Of a stretch of 64,000 nucleotides of DNA, positions 31,158 through 42,093 are shown piece by piece. The notes under the pieces are model-generated. The model was not told the DNA's origin. It worked only from the letters and a program-made list of their open reading frames with translations, and did no database searches. The stretch covers positions 51,976-115,975 of the forward strand of contig CAVTWS010000007.1 in the NCBI GenBank assembly GCA_963738445.1. The letters are read 5' to 3'. A program made the translations under genes and the position numbers. Source of the stretch: an uncultured Acidobacteriota bacterium (GTDB lineage: Bacteria; Actinomycetota; Acidimicrobiia; Acidimicrobiales; SHLQ01). The first letter of the stretch is position 1. Each line of letters begins with the position of its first letter.

Positions 31158-32054
31158 TCAGTCGTCGACCAGGTCCTGCAACGCCGCGTCCAGCTCGGGG
31201 TAGGTGAACGTGAACCCGCCCCTTTCGAGCACCCGGGGGAGGACCCGGGCGCTGTTCAACAGGAGGGCCTGGGTGAGCTCCTTACCCAGCTTGAGATGCA
31301 GGGCGAGCTTCGGGGGACGCAGGATCGCCGGCCGGTGGAGCGCTCGACCCAACGCTCGGGCATGGTTGGCGTTGGTGGCCGGGTTCGGAGCGGTCAGGTT
31401 GGCCGGCCCGCTGATGTCGTTGTCGACCAGATGGAGCAGTGCGGCGACCGCGTCGTCGATGTGGATCCAGCTGACCCATTGGGTGCCCGGGCCGATCGGT
31501 CCGCCGAGGCCCAGGCGGAAGAGGGGGAGTTGGGTGCCCAGGGCGCCGCCCTTGGTGCTCTGCACGATGCCGATACGCGGGTGGGCGACCCGCACGCCGG
31601 CGTCCCTCGCCCTGTCGGCCGCCTGCTCCCACCGCTGGCACAGGTCAGCGAGGAAATCGTCGCCGGGCGAGGACGATTCGTCGAGGGCGGCGTCTCCCCG
31701 GTCGCCGTAGTAGCCGATCGCCGATGCCGAGACGAGGATCCGGGGACCAGAGTCGCCGAGGTCCGCCAGGGCCCGGGCGATCGTGCTCGTGCCCCGCACC
31801 CGGCTCTCCAGCAGCTCGGCTTTGTGGTCGTCGGTCCACCGCTTCTCGGCGATCCCTTCGCCGGCCAGGTGGATCACGGCGTCGATCCCACGCAGCGCTT
31901 CGACGTCGATGGTCTCGGCGCGGGGATCCCAGTCGACGTGGGGGCCCGATGTGGGTCGCCGGGTCACGGGTATCGGTTCGTCGCCCCGTTGGACCAGCGC
32001 CTCGCTCACCGCAGTCCCGATCATGCCGCTCGCTCCGGTGACTGCGACTCGCAT
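31158..32054 (-). CDS. TIGR01777-family NAD-binding oxidoreductase (YfcH/Rv2216-like)
   Basis: VTGASGMIG, HLAGEGI, SASAIGYYG, LGLGGPIG.G.QWVSWIH. Confidence 0.9.
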   Translation of the reverse strand: MRVAVTGASGMIGTAVSEALVQRGDEPIPVTRRPTSGPHVDWDPRAETIDVEALRGIDAVIHLAGEGIAEKRWTDDHKAELLESRVRGTSTIARALADLGDSGPRILVSASAIGYYGDRGDAALDESSSPGDDFLADLCQRWEQAADRARDAGVRVAHPRIGIVQSTKGGALGTQLPLFRLGLGGPIGPGTQWVSWIHIDDAVAALLHLVDNDISGPANLTAPNPATNANHARALGRALHRPAILRPPKLALHLKLGKELTQALLLNSARVLPRVLERGGFTFTYPELDAALQDLVDD

Positions 32055-32099
32055 CTCGTGCTCCTTTGGATCGGTCGCCCACGGCGGTCACGCCGTGGC

Positions 32100-32655
32100 G
32101 ACCGGCCGTTCTGACACCGGCGATGTTGTTGAACCTACGACGGGACGCGGCGGTTCGGATGCAGCGGTGGCGCGCTCGATGTCCTGTGCCCAGGCGGGTT
32201 GGTGGATTCGTCGGTGGTGGCGTCGATGGGGTTGCCGTGGATGTCGCGGAGCAGGAGCCGGATGAAGGCGTCGTTGTAGAGGGGGCTGTAGCCGGGGCCG
32301 GGTAGGGGTGCCGTCGGGGAGGCAGGCCCAGGTCGTGCCGTCGGGGCGGACGCCGACGTTGAGGAGGACTTCGACGTTGATTCGGGCGCCTCCGTTGGTG
32401 GGAGGCGGGCGGTGAGGACGACCATGCCGTCGATGTCGACCCGCCAGGTGAGGTTGCGGGCGTCGTGGTGACGTTGCGCGAGGTCGGCGGGGTCGAGGTG
32501 GCCTTCGGCCCACGCGGCGATGGCTTGCGCGAGCTCGGACGCGGGGTAGGCGTGGGCGAGGCGGACGTGTTCGCGGGCGGTGGCCGGTTCGATGTCGCAC
32601 ACGTCGGCCAGCCACACCGCACACGACGTGGCGCCGGTGGCGAGCCGAGCAGGAT
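32100..32655 (-). pseudogene. Degraded DUF222 (REP13E12)/HNH-type element remnant
   Basis: Fragments GATSCAVWLADVCDIEPATAREHVRLAHA, DGMVVLTARLPP and DAFIRLLL; no start, broken frames, no HNH motif left. Confidence 0.55.
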
Positions 32656-32866
32656 CGAACGCTAGTTCGATCCCTGAACAGCCCGACCGGTCCGTGGCGG
32701 ACGCGTCCGCGGATGCGCCTCGAGGAGATCGCCGTGAGCGTCCTCGCCTCCCAGCTCGCCCCGAGCTCCGCCGCGCCTTGAGGACGATCGACCGCACCCT
32801 CACCGGAACCGACGCCGCTCGACTCGGCACACCTTGGGAGGTTTGGGCCTCTCGCGCGAGGGCGCG

Positions 32867-34675
32867 CTAGGTCGTGTCGCGGCGGCGGCGGCGAACCGGA
32901 CGATCGGCGGGGACGCCTTCATCGCCTTCGTCGGCGACGAAGACCGAGCGGCGGGTGCGCTTGTTCTCGTACTGGTTCTCGTCGGCGGCTCGGAGGAGGT
33001 CGCTCGGAGACTCCATGTCGAACGTCGCGACGGCCACGCCGACCGACAGGGATCGATCGTCGCCCGTTCGTTCGAACAGCTCCACGGCCCGGCGGGCGAT
33101 GGCTGGCCCCGAGAGGAGCCCGCCGCCATCGACCACGATGCAGAACTCGTCGCCGCCGACCCGGCACACCGTGGTGTTCGGATGATCGACGACCGACTGC
33201 CTGAGGGTGATACCGACCTCGGCGAGCAGGCGATCGCCGACCTCGTGGCCGAGGTTGTCGTTCACGAACTTCAACCCATCGACGTCGCACATGATCACGG
33301 CGGTGTCCTGCCGTTCGATCGGTGGCCGGGCGAACACTTCGCGCAGGGTGGCCTCGAGGACGCGGCGGTTGCCGAGGCCGGTCAGGGGATCGCGAAGGGC
33401 CAGCTCCTCGAGCTCGGCGAACCGTTCGGCCTGGGACACGCCGGACGCGACGAGCGACGCCACGAGGCGGAGGGTCTCGACGTCGTGCTCGCCGAGCTCA
33501 CGATGGCCGGTGCGGGTCGTGGCCCAGACCACGCCCCAGGCCCGATCGCCCATGAGGATCGGCGACGCGATCTCACTGGCCAACCCTCGTTCGATCAGCT
33601 CCTCGGCCGTGTCGCGGTCGACGGGGTCCGAGGCGTGGCGGGCCAACGACAGGCCGGCGAGCAGGACCTTGAGATGAGGGTGGTGGTGGAGCAGATAGCT
33701 CTCGGCCGCCGGGAACCGTTCTCCGCCGGGACCGAGCTCGCCGACGTTGACGAGCACGTCGACGCTGCCGTCGTGGTCGTCGAACCGGCCGATCGACACC
33801 GTCGACGACCCGAGCGCGGCGCGGGCGTTGTCGGCGATGAGGGAGAGGACGTCGTCGATGCGGTCGGCGGCCTCGATGGCGGCGCCGATGTTGAGCAGCG
33901 ACTCCACGGGCGACGCCAGTGAGCGCCGTCGGGCAATGAGCTCGTCGAGGAGGGCGAGGGCCGAATCGACGGAGACGTCGTCGACGGGTGCGGTGCCGCT
34001 GCGAAACGCGTCGACCGCGTGGTCGACGAGGACGGGGTCGAGCTCGGTGCCGGCCCGGGACAGCGCGTCGACGAGGCGGGCCGTGATGCCGGGCATGTCA
34101 CCCGGACGGGGTCGGCCGACGAGCCTGGAGGCGACCGCCAGCAGCCGCGCCGCCTCGGGGATGCGCAGGCTGTCCAGACCGTGCGGAGACCCGGTGCCGT
34201 CCCAGCGTTCGTGACGGTGCCGCAGGGCCGCAGCCGCGCCGCCGAGACCAGGGAGTCGATCGACGAGCCCGGCGACCAGGACGGCGTTGACGGGGTCGTC
34301 GTCGGACGCGGTGCTGACCCGATGGGCGAGGAGCGAGCCGACGTCACCGAGGAGGGCGCCGGCGATGGCGTCGGCCTCGGTCTCGGAGTCGGCGCCCGAT
34401 CGGACGGCGAGCTGGTGGACCACCGCGGCCACGTGGGCGCCCCGGCGGGCGCCTGTCGGGTCGTGCACCGACAGGGCCAGAGCCAGCGCGGCGACGGCGG
34501 CTCGACCCTCGGCCCCCATGCCGGAACCGCCACGTCCGACCGGACGGCCGGCGCGGCTCGTGGGACCGGTGGTGCTGGCACCGGCACGCTCAGCGAACGG
34601 AGGAGGGCTCGAGGGATCGGTCACGGGGCCAACGGTCAGGGGTCGTCGACGGGCTTCTGGCGGCATTGATAGCAC
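32867..34675 (-). CDS. Diguanylate cyclase with degenerate HD-GYP, GAF and GGDEF domains
   Basis: HERWDGTGSP (HD site appears as GD), GAF-like SEIASPI..WGVVW, DPLTGLGN, DVDGLKFVND, RVGGDEF; start uncertain. Confidence 0.88.
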   Translation of the reverse strand: MLSMPPEARRRPLTVGPVTDPSSPPPFAERAGASTTGPTSRAGRPVGRGGSGMGAEGRAAVAALALALSVHDPTGARRGAHVAAVVHQLAVRSGADSETEADAIAGALLGDVGSLLAHRVSTASDDDPVNAVLVAGLVDRLPGLGGAAAALRHRHERWDGTGSPHGLDSLRIPEAARLLAVASRLVGRPRPGDMPGITARLVDALSRAGTELDPVLVDHAVDAFRSGTAPVDDVSVDSALALLDELIARRRSLASPVESLLNIGAAIEAADRIDDVLSLIADNARAALGSSTVSIGRFDDHDGSVDVLVNVGELGPGGERFPAAESYLLHHHPHLKVLLAGLSLARHASDPVDRDTAEELIERGLASEIASPILMGDRAWGVVWATTRTGHRELGEHDVETLRLVASLVASGVSQAERFAELEELALRDPLTGLGNRRVLEATLREVFARPPIERQDTAVIMCDVDGLKFVNDNLGHEVGDRLLAEVGITLRQSVVDHPNTTVCRVGGDEFCIVVDGGGLLSGPAIARRAVELFERTGDDRSLSVGVAVATFDMESPSDLLRAADENQYENKRTRRSVFVADEGDEGVPADRPVRRRRRDTT

Positions 34676-34756
34676 ATCAGGTTCTTTCCTGCCACGCGAT
34701 GTGGTTTCCAGGACACGATGCGTGACGCCATCGTCGGGCGACTAACGTTCGGCGCC

Positions 34757-34846
34757 GTGAGCACCCGCCGTTTGATCCTCGCTGCGCTGTTGTGCGGCCT
34801 GGCCATCCTGGTGGCGTTCACCGTGCAGGTCCTCATCGCTCGCTGA
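34757..34846 (+). CDS. Putative 29-aa single-TM small protein
   Basis: VSTRRLILAALLCGLAILVAFTVQVLIAR*; TAACGT -10 just upstream; below the ORF-track cutoff. Confidence 0.55.
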   Translation: MSTRRLILAALLCGLAILVAFTVQVLIAR

Positions 34847-34919
34847 GGTCAGGCGCCCGGCCCCGGTAGGCTTCGTGCGCTGGGCGGGGACCTGCCCGGT
34901 GCCGGCCAGGAGGACACCG

Positions 34920-36323
34920 GTGGCGACCACGCAACACGATCTGATCGTCATCGGCGGCGGGCCCGGCGGGTACGCAGCGGCGCTCTACGGCGCCAGCGCC
35001 GGACTCGACATCGGCCTCGTCGAACGGTCGAAGGTCGGCGGCACCTGTCTGCACGTCGGGTGCATCCCGGCCAAGGAGCTGCTCGAGACCGCCGCAACCC
35101 TCCGCCACGTGCAGCACGCATCGGCGTTCGGCATCACGGCGGGAGATCCGACCATCGACATGACGGTGGCCCAGGCTCGCAAGCAGGGCATCATCGACGG
35201 CCTCCACAAAGGTCTCAGCTCGTTGCTCAAGGGCCGCAAGGTCACGGTGTACGACGGCGTCGGCGCCTTGCACGCCGGTCATCGGGTGACCGTGAGCGGC
35301 GGCGCATCGGGTGATGTCGAGCTCACTGCGGCCCATGTCGTGCTGGCCACCGGATCGCTCCCCCGCCTCCTGCCCGGTTTCGATGTCGACGGCCGGATCG
35401 TCATGACCTCCGATGAGTTCCTCTCGCTCGATCGGGTCCCCGGTTCGGCCGTGGTGATCGGTGGCGGGGCGATCGGTTGCGAGTTCGCGTCCATCCTGGC
35501 CGACCTCGGCGCCCAGGTCACCATCCTCGAAGCGCTGCCGAAGATCCTGCCGGGGTGCGATGCCGAGGCCACCAAGGTCGTCGAGAGGTCCTTCGCCAAA
35601 CGGGGCATCGCCATCCGCACCGGCGTAATGGTGCACGGTCACACGCCCTCCGGCGACCGCACGACCGTCAAGTTCGGCGAGGGCGAATCGCTCGACGTCG
35701 ACCTGGTGGTGCTTGCCGTGGGTCGTCGGCCACGGACCGACGGCCTCGGGCTCGAGGGCACGGCCGTGGGGGTCACCGAACGGGGTTTCATCGACGTCGA
35801 CGCTCGGTGCCGCACCGCCGAACCGGGCGTGTGGGCCATCGGCGACGTGATCGCGACCCCGCAGCTGGCGCATGTCGGATTCGCCGAGGGGATGCTCGTC
35901 GTGCGGGATGCGCTCGGCGAGGATCCGGCCCCGATCGACTACGGCAAGGTGCCGTGGTGCATCTACTGCCAGCCCGAGGTCGCGTTCGCCGGGCACACCG
36001 AGGAGAGCGCGGTGCAGGCCGGTTTCGAGGTCGTGACCTCTACCCACCGCTTCGCCGGCAACGGTCGAGCGATGATCGTGGGCGAGACCGAGGGGCTCGT
36101 GAAGGTGATCGCCGAGCGTCGGGCCGACGGCACGGCCGGGACGATCCTCGGCGTGCACATGGTCGGCCCCTGGGTCACCGAGCAACTGGGTCAGGCCTAC
36201 CTGGCCGTCAACTGGGAGGCCACCGTCGATGAGGTGGCCGCCTTCATCCAACCCCACCCCACCATGAGCGAGCTGTTCGGCGAGACCGTGCTGTCGCTCA
36301 CCGGGCGCTCCCTCCACGGCTGA
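34920..36323 (+). CDS. lpdA: Dihydrolipoamide dehydrogenase
   Basis: GGGPGGY, GGTCLHVGCIP, IGGGAIG, HPTMSE; AGGAGG RBS. Confidence 0.95.
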   Translation: MATTQHDLIVIGGGPGGYAAALYGASAGLDIGLVERSKVGGTCLHVGCIPAKELLETAATLRHVQHASAFGITAGDPTIDMTVAQARKQGIIDGLHKGLSSLLKGRKVTVYDGVGALHAGHRVTVSGGASGDVELTAAHVVLATGSLPRLLPGFDVDGRIVMTSDEFLSLDRVPGSAVVIGGGAIGCEFASILADLGAQVTILEALPKILPGCDAEATKVVERSFAKRGIAIRTGVMVHGHTPSGDRTTVKFGEGESLDVDLVVLAVGRRPRTDGLGLEGTAVGVTERGFIDVDARCRTAEPGVWAIGDVIATPQLAHVGFAEGMLVVRDALGEDPAPIDYGKVPWCIYCQPEVAFAGHTEESAVQAGFEVVTSTHRFAGNGRAMIVGETEGLVKVIAERRADGTAGTILGVHMVGPWVTEQLGQAYLAVNWEATVDEVAAFIQPHPTMSELFGETVLSLTGRSLHG

Positions 36324-36342
36324 CACGAGCGAAGGACTCCCC

Positions 36343-37855
36343 ATGCCCGACATCACGTTGCCCCAACTCGGCGAGACGGTCACCGAAGGAACCATCACCC
36401 GGTGGTTCAAGGCCGTCGGCGACCCGGTGCAGGAAGACGAGGCGCTGTTCGAGTATCAGCACCGACAAGGTCGACAGCGAGGTCCCGGCCCCGTCGTCGG
36501 GCGTGCTCCTGGAGATCCTCGCTCCCGAAGGGGCGCTCGTGCCGGTCGGAGCCGTACTGGCGCGCTCGGGGAGGTCGGCTCGGACGGCGCCGCGCCGCCG
36601 GAAGCCTCCGCCCCCCCAGCACCCGCTCCGGCTCCGGATGCCCCGGCGGCTCCGGCCTCGGGCGCCCCGGCTGCCGAGGCTCCGGCGCCGCCCCCGATCC
36701 CGGCGCCTCCGGCTGCGTCCGCGCCCGTCGATCAGGTCCCGACCGCGCCGTCGTCGCTCCCGGCCCCGCCCGTCGCCGTGGCGGATGAGACCTCCGCTGC
36801 CGACCCGGGCCCGGACGGCACCGACGAGGCATCGGGCCTGCTGCTGTCGCCCGTCGTGCGACGGCTCATCAGCGAGCACGGTCTCGATGCCCGCACGATC
36901 GTCGGTACCGGCGCCGGCAACCGCATCACCCGGGCCGACGTCGAAGCCATCGTGCAAACGCGCATGGCCGGTGGGGCGCGACCAGCGGCCCCAGCGGTGG
37001 ATACCACCCCGGCTCCCGCTCCGGCGGCTCCCGCCGCCCTGGCTCCTGCGGCTCCCGCGGCGGCCTCGGCTCCGCGGCCCTCCTGCGGCCGCGGCGGCGT
37101 CGGTCGACGATCCGGCGCCCACGGCCTCCGCCGCACCGAATGCGGCGGACCAGCGGGTTCCGTTCAGCACCATCCGGCGCCGCACCGCCGAACACATGGT
37201 GGCGTCGAAGCACGCCTCGCCCCACGTCCTGACCGCCGTCGAGGTCGACTACGAGCGGATCGACAAGGTCCGTCGAGCGCAACGCGAACGTTTCAAGGCG
37301 GATGAGGGCTTCAGCCTGACGTACCTGCCCTTCATCGCCCGAGCGTTGTCCGACGCCCTCCGCGAGTTCCCGAATCTCAACGCGAGCGTCGGCGACGATG
37401 AGCTGATCGTCCACCATCGCATCAACCTGGCCATCGCCGTCGATCTCGACTTCAACGGCCTGCTGGCGCCCGTGGTCCACGACGTCGACGGCAAGCGCCT
37501 GCGAGCCATCGCCCGCGAAGTCCTCGACCTCGCGGACCGCGCCCACACCAAGAAGCTCGTTCCCGACGATCTGGCGGGCGGCACGTTCACCATCACCAAC
37601 GCCGGGTCCTACGGGACGATGATGCAGTTCCCCATCATCAACCAGCCCCAGGTGGCGATCCTGTCGACCGACGGAGTCTCCCGGAAACCGGTCGTGGTCA
37701 ACGACGAGTTCGGCAACGAGTCGATCGCCATCCACTCCGTCGGGATCCTGGCCATGGCGTGGGATCACCGGGCCATCGACGGCGCCTACGCGGCGGCGTT
37801 CCTCAATCGCATGCGTCAGATCCTCGAGACGCACGACTGGGACGCCGAGATCTGA
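36343..37855 (+). CDS. 2-oxoacid dehydrogenase E2 dihydrolipoamide acyltransferase (DlaT/SucB-like; frameshifts near 36455, 36565 and 37080)
   Basis: LPQLGETVTEGT, lipoyl site STDKVD, SPVVRRL...GTG.GNRITR, GGTFTITN, WDHRAIDG. Confidence 0.9.
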
Positions 37856-37878
37856 TCGGGTCCGAGCGAGCACCCGGC

Positions 37879-39647
37879 ATGACCCCGGCCCTGCACATCC
37901 GTTGGCTCGGCTCGGTCCGCTACCGCGACGCCCTCGCCCTGCAGCGCGGGCTGTTCTCCCGATCGCCCGACAACCACCTGCTCCTGCTCGAGCACCCACA
38001 CGTCTACACCCTCGGAGCCCGCGCCGACCTGCGCCACGTGCTGGTCGATCCGGCTTCGGTCGGCGCCGACCTGGAGCGGGCCGACCGTGGGGGCGATGTC
38101 ACCTACCACGGGCCGGGACAGCTGGTCGGATACCCCATCGTCTGGGTCGACGGGCAAGCGCGGCGGCGGCATGGCCGACACGGTGGCCTACGTCCGTTCG
38201 GTGGAGCAGCTGGTGATCGACACGCTGGCCGATGTCGGGCTCCCGGGCGCCGGTCGCCTCGCCGACTACCCGGGGGTCTGGGTCGATCCGCTCGGGCCGA
38301 ACCCGCGGAAGATCGCCGCCATCGGCATGAAGCTCACCCGTGGTCGTTCGATGCACGGGTTCGCCCTCAACGTCGCGCCCGATCTGGCCTACTTCGGGTA
38401 CATCGTCCCGTGCGGGATCGCGGACAAGCCGGTGACCTCGTTGGCGGCTCGAAGGCATGTTCGGCGTCGATGGCTGATGTCGTCGAGGCGGTCGCCGAAC
38501 GCGCGCGGGTCCTCTGGGGCAACGGCGTTCCGGGCACGCGCGCCGATCAGGTGTGGCGGACCACCCCGCAGGATCTGAGCGCGTTCACCCGGGGAGAAGG
38601 TCCGGGTACCCCGGTCGGTCGTGATGGCGTGACCTACGGCAGGCCCGTGGAGTTGGCGCCGGCGATTCCGGAGGCGGGCCACAGTGGGGGTGTCGGTGCG
38701 GCTGCGGGGGCGGTTCGCCGAAGCCGGGGTCGTCGACGGGCTCCGGATCGCCACCCGCAAACCGGAGTGGATGCGGGTCAAAGCCGACATGGGGCCCGAG
38801 TATCGGCGTCTCAAGTCCGTGATGCGTGACCTGTCCCTCGCGACGGTGTGCGAGGAAGCCGGTTGCCCCAACATCTTCGAGTGTTGGAACGACGGCACTG
38901 CGACGTTCATGATCAACGGGGAGCGTTGCACCCGGGCCTGCGGGTTCTGCCTCGTCGACACCCGCAAACCGGAGCGGCTCGACCCCGGCGAGCCGGCGCG
39001 GGTGGCCGAGGCGGTCGAGCGAATGGGGCTGCAGTACGCCGTGATCACGGCCGTGGCCCGCGACGACCTCGCCGACGGCGGGGCGGGCGCCTTTGCGGCG
39101 ACCATCGCCGCGATCCGCGCTGCGAGTCCCGGCGACGGAGGTCGAGGTGCTGATCGCGGACTGCAAAGGCGACCCCGACGCTCTCGGCACGATCTTCGCC
39201 GCCCGCGCCCGATGTGCTCAACCACAACATCGAGACCGTGGCCCGACTGCAGCGGGCGGTCCGTCCGTCGGCGTCGTACGCGCCGGAGCCTGTCGGTGCT
39301 CGCTCGGGCCCAGGAGGCGCGGGCTCGTGACCAAGTCATCGATCATCGTCGGCATGGGCGAGACCTTCGACGAAGTGGTGGAGACGATGATCGATCTCCG
39401 CGGCGTCGGCGTCGACATCGTCACCATCGGCCAGTACCTCCGACCGACCTCGACCACCTGCCGGTCTCGCGGTGGTGGACCCCCGCCGAGCTTGCCGAGC
39501 TGGAAGCGCAGCGGTGAGCAGGAGCTCGGCATCGCCCACGTGGAGGCGAGCCCCCTCACCCGCTCGAGCCATCACGCCGCCCAAGCGGCGCACGCGGCGC
39601 GTACGGCACGCGCCGCCGACATCAGCCCGACCCCGACCGGCCGGTAG
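37879..39647 (+). CDS. lipA: Probable LipB-LipA fusion (octanoyltransferase plus lipoyl synthase), several frameshifts
   Basis: [39 protein letters not shown]; then [36 protein letters not shown]; no stop-start junction evident. Confidence 0.8.
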
Positions 39648-39657
39648 CCTCCGCTCC

Positions 39658-40769
39658 ATGTTCCACGAACGCATGGCACGGCTACGCGAGGGCATGTCCG
39701 CACGCCGGCCTCGACCTCGTGTTGCTCTCCGTCGGAGCCGACCTGCCGTACTTCAGTGGGTACGACGCGATGCCCCTCGAACGTCTCACGATGCTCGTGG
39801 TGCCCCGGGAGGGCGATGCCACCCTCGTCGTCCCGCGACTCGAAGCCCCCCGCGTGGTGGAGCAGCCCGGCGTGTTCGACATCTGCAGTTGGGGCGAGAA
39901 CCGAGGATCCGATCGCCATCGTCGCCCGGCTCGCCGGATCCAGCCCCACCGTCGCCATCGGTGACAAGACCTGGTCGCGGTTCCTGGTGGCCCTCATCGA
40001 CCAGATGCCGTCTGCCACCCGGTTCCGCACCGCCACCGAGGTCACGGGGCCGATCCGGGCCCGCAAGACCGCCGACGAGATCGCCCGCCTCCAGGCCGCG
40101 GCGACCGGGGTCGACCGGATCGCCGCCCGCTTGCAGGCCGGCGAGATTCCGTTGGTCGGCCGGACGGAAGCCGCCGTTGCCGCCGATCTGGCCGCCAGAT
40201 CCACGACGAAGGTCATCACCGGGTGAACTTCACCATCGTGGCGTCGGGCCCCAATGCGGCGAGCCCGCACCACGAGGCCGGGCCCCGGGTGATCCAACCG
40301 GGCGAGGTCGTGCTGTGCGACTTCGGCGGCACCATGGTCGGCGCCGATGGCGTGGGGTACTGCTCCGACATCACCCGGTGCGTGCACACCGGCGATCCGA
40401 GCGCTGCGTTCACCGCGCTCTACGACGTGCTGTTCGAGGCGCAGGCCGCCGGCGTGCAGGCGGCGACCGTGGGCACACCGTGCGAGGAGGTCGACTCACG
40501 CCAGCCGCCGGGTCATCGACGACGCGGGCTACGGCGAGTACTTCATCCATCGCACCGGCCACGGCATCGGCGTCGAAGCCCACGAGGATCCCTACATCGT
40601 CGCCGGGAACAGCACGCCGCTCGCGCCCGGCCACGCCTTCTCGATCGAACCGGGCATCTATGTCCCCGGTCGCTTCGGCGCCCGCCTGGAGGACATCGTC
40701 GTGGCCACCGACCAGGGACCTCTCGCCCTCAACACGGCCGATCACCGGCTCGTCGTCGTCGACGCTTGA
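39658..40769 (+). CDS. M24-family Xaa-Pro peptidase (frameshifted)
   Basis: [24 protein letters not shown]...[15 protein letters not shown]...HEDP, SIEPGIY, RLED. Confidence 0.88.
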
Positions 40770-40809
40770 GCCGCACCGGGGGCTCGATCGGCACGGGTCG
40801 GTTGCGGCG

Positions 40810-41661
40810 ATGATCGAGCTCGACGCGGCCACGTTCCTGCTGCAGTGGGCGGTGGGCGGCTCGTTCTTCGTGTGGGTCACGACCCGCCGGCGCGAGGTCG
40901 GGCTGGGTTACGGCTGGCTCATGCGCGCCACGTTCGCCTTGATGTCGGCGGGCGCGGTCGTCGTGGCCCTGTATGTCGACACGGTGCCGGTGCGGGACAC
41001 GAGCGCGGTGCTCGTCACCGTGGCCCTCGTGGTGGCGACGGTCGTGTCCGTCATCCGCCGGGGAGCCGGAGTCGCCGGCCAACGTGAGGGTGAGGAGCGG
41101 CGCTCGGCCCGGGTGGCCGCGATGACCGGGATCGATCGCGACGAGCGGTCGTTCGACCGGTCCGGGCCCGAGTTCCCCCCGGTGCTCGATCTCGTGGCCC
41201 CGGTGGTCGGCCTGGTCGGGCTCGTGGCGGCGGGGATCGAGGCCGGCGATCCGGCCCTGCTGTCGGTGGCCCGGGTCCTCGTCGGAGCCGCCTTCATCGG
41301 TGCCGTCACCGATGCCATGCTCCTCGGTCACTGGTACCTCGTGCAGCCCGGGCTGGCCCGGGGGCCGTTGCTCGAGCTCGTCCGCTGGACCGGTGTCCTG
41401 TGGGCGCCCGAGGTCGTGGTCATGGTCTGGCCCACGGGCATGCTGTCGGCTCTCACCGGAGATGTCGATGACGGCTACAACGGTCTGCTCACCTGGTTCT
41501 GGTGTGCCTGTGTCGTCACCACGATCGGCCTCGTCGTGGTGACCCGCCTGGCGCTCAAGGAGCGCCAGTACTCCGCCGTCATGGCGGCCACCGGGCTGCT
41601 CTATCTGGCCATCCTCACCGCCTTCGGCATGGACCTGGTGGCCCGCGCGGTCCTCGCCTGA
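40810..41661 (+). CDS. Conserved multi-pass membrane protein
   Basis: MIELDAATFLLQWAVGG, DAMLLGHWYL, ATGLLYLA; multiple TMs. Confidence 0.75.
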   Translation: MIELDAATFLLQWAVGGSFFVWVTTRRREVGLGYGWLMRATFALMSAGAVVVALYVDTVPVRDTSAVLVTVALVVATVVSVIRRGAGVAGQREGEERRSARVAAMTGIDRDERSFDRSGPEFPPVLDLVAPVVGLVGLVAAGIEAGDPALLSVARVLVGAAFIGAVTDAMLLGHWYLVQPGLARGPLLELVRWTGVLWAPEVVVMVWPTGMLSALTGDVDDGYNGLLTWFWCACVVTTIGLVVVTRLALKERQYSAVMAATGLLYLAILTAFGMDLVARAVLA

Positions 41662-41684
41662 GCCGAGTGTCGGGCTATGGAGCC

Positions 41685-42093
41685 TCAGCGAAGGGCGACG
41701 TGGAGCGGTGTCTCGGTGGGCGCCCATCGATCGACGGCCGTTCGCAGGATGTCGAGGAGCGTGCACCAGGCGGTGCTGGCCATCGTCGCCGGCCCGTCGG
41801 CACCATCGACGACCAGCAGTCGGGGATTGCCGGGGAGCCACGACAGGTCCCGCAGCGCGTCGTCGAGGGCATCCCAGTTGTGTCCGACCCAGCCCGGCGA
41901 GCGGACCGAGCTCCGGACCGCCTCGAGGAGCTCGTCCTTGGAGGTCGCGGTGCCGACCCGGGCGACGAGGACCGTTATCGCCTCGCCTGGGACCGCCTCG
42001 ACCGGGATCTCATCAGCTGGGGCTCCGCCGGTGGCCGACAGCGCGTAGATGCCCGGCGGCGGACGCGAGCACGGAAGCCAGATCCCGGCTCAT
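41685..42093 (-). CDS. Barstar-family RNase inhibitor (one frameshift near 42055)
   Basis: Hand translation: SKDELLEAVR...PGWVGHNWDALDDALRDLSWLP; ATG overlaps the RNase stop. Confidence 0.8.

Noticed and set aside
36590-37140. Low-complexity GCTCCG/CCGGCG repeats
   Set aside because: They encode the ordinary Ala/Pro linkers of the E2 subunit.
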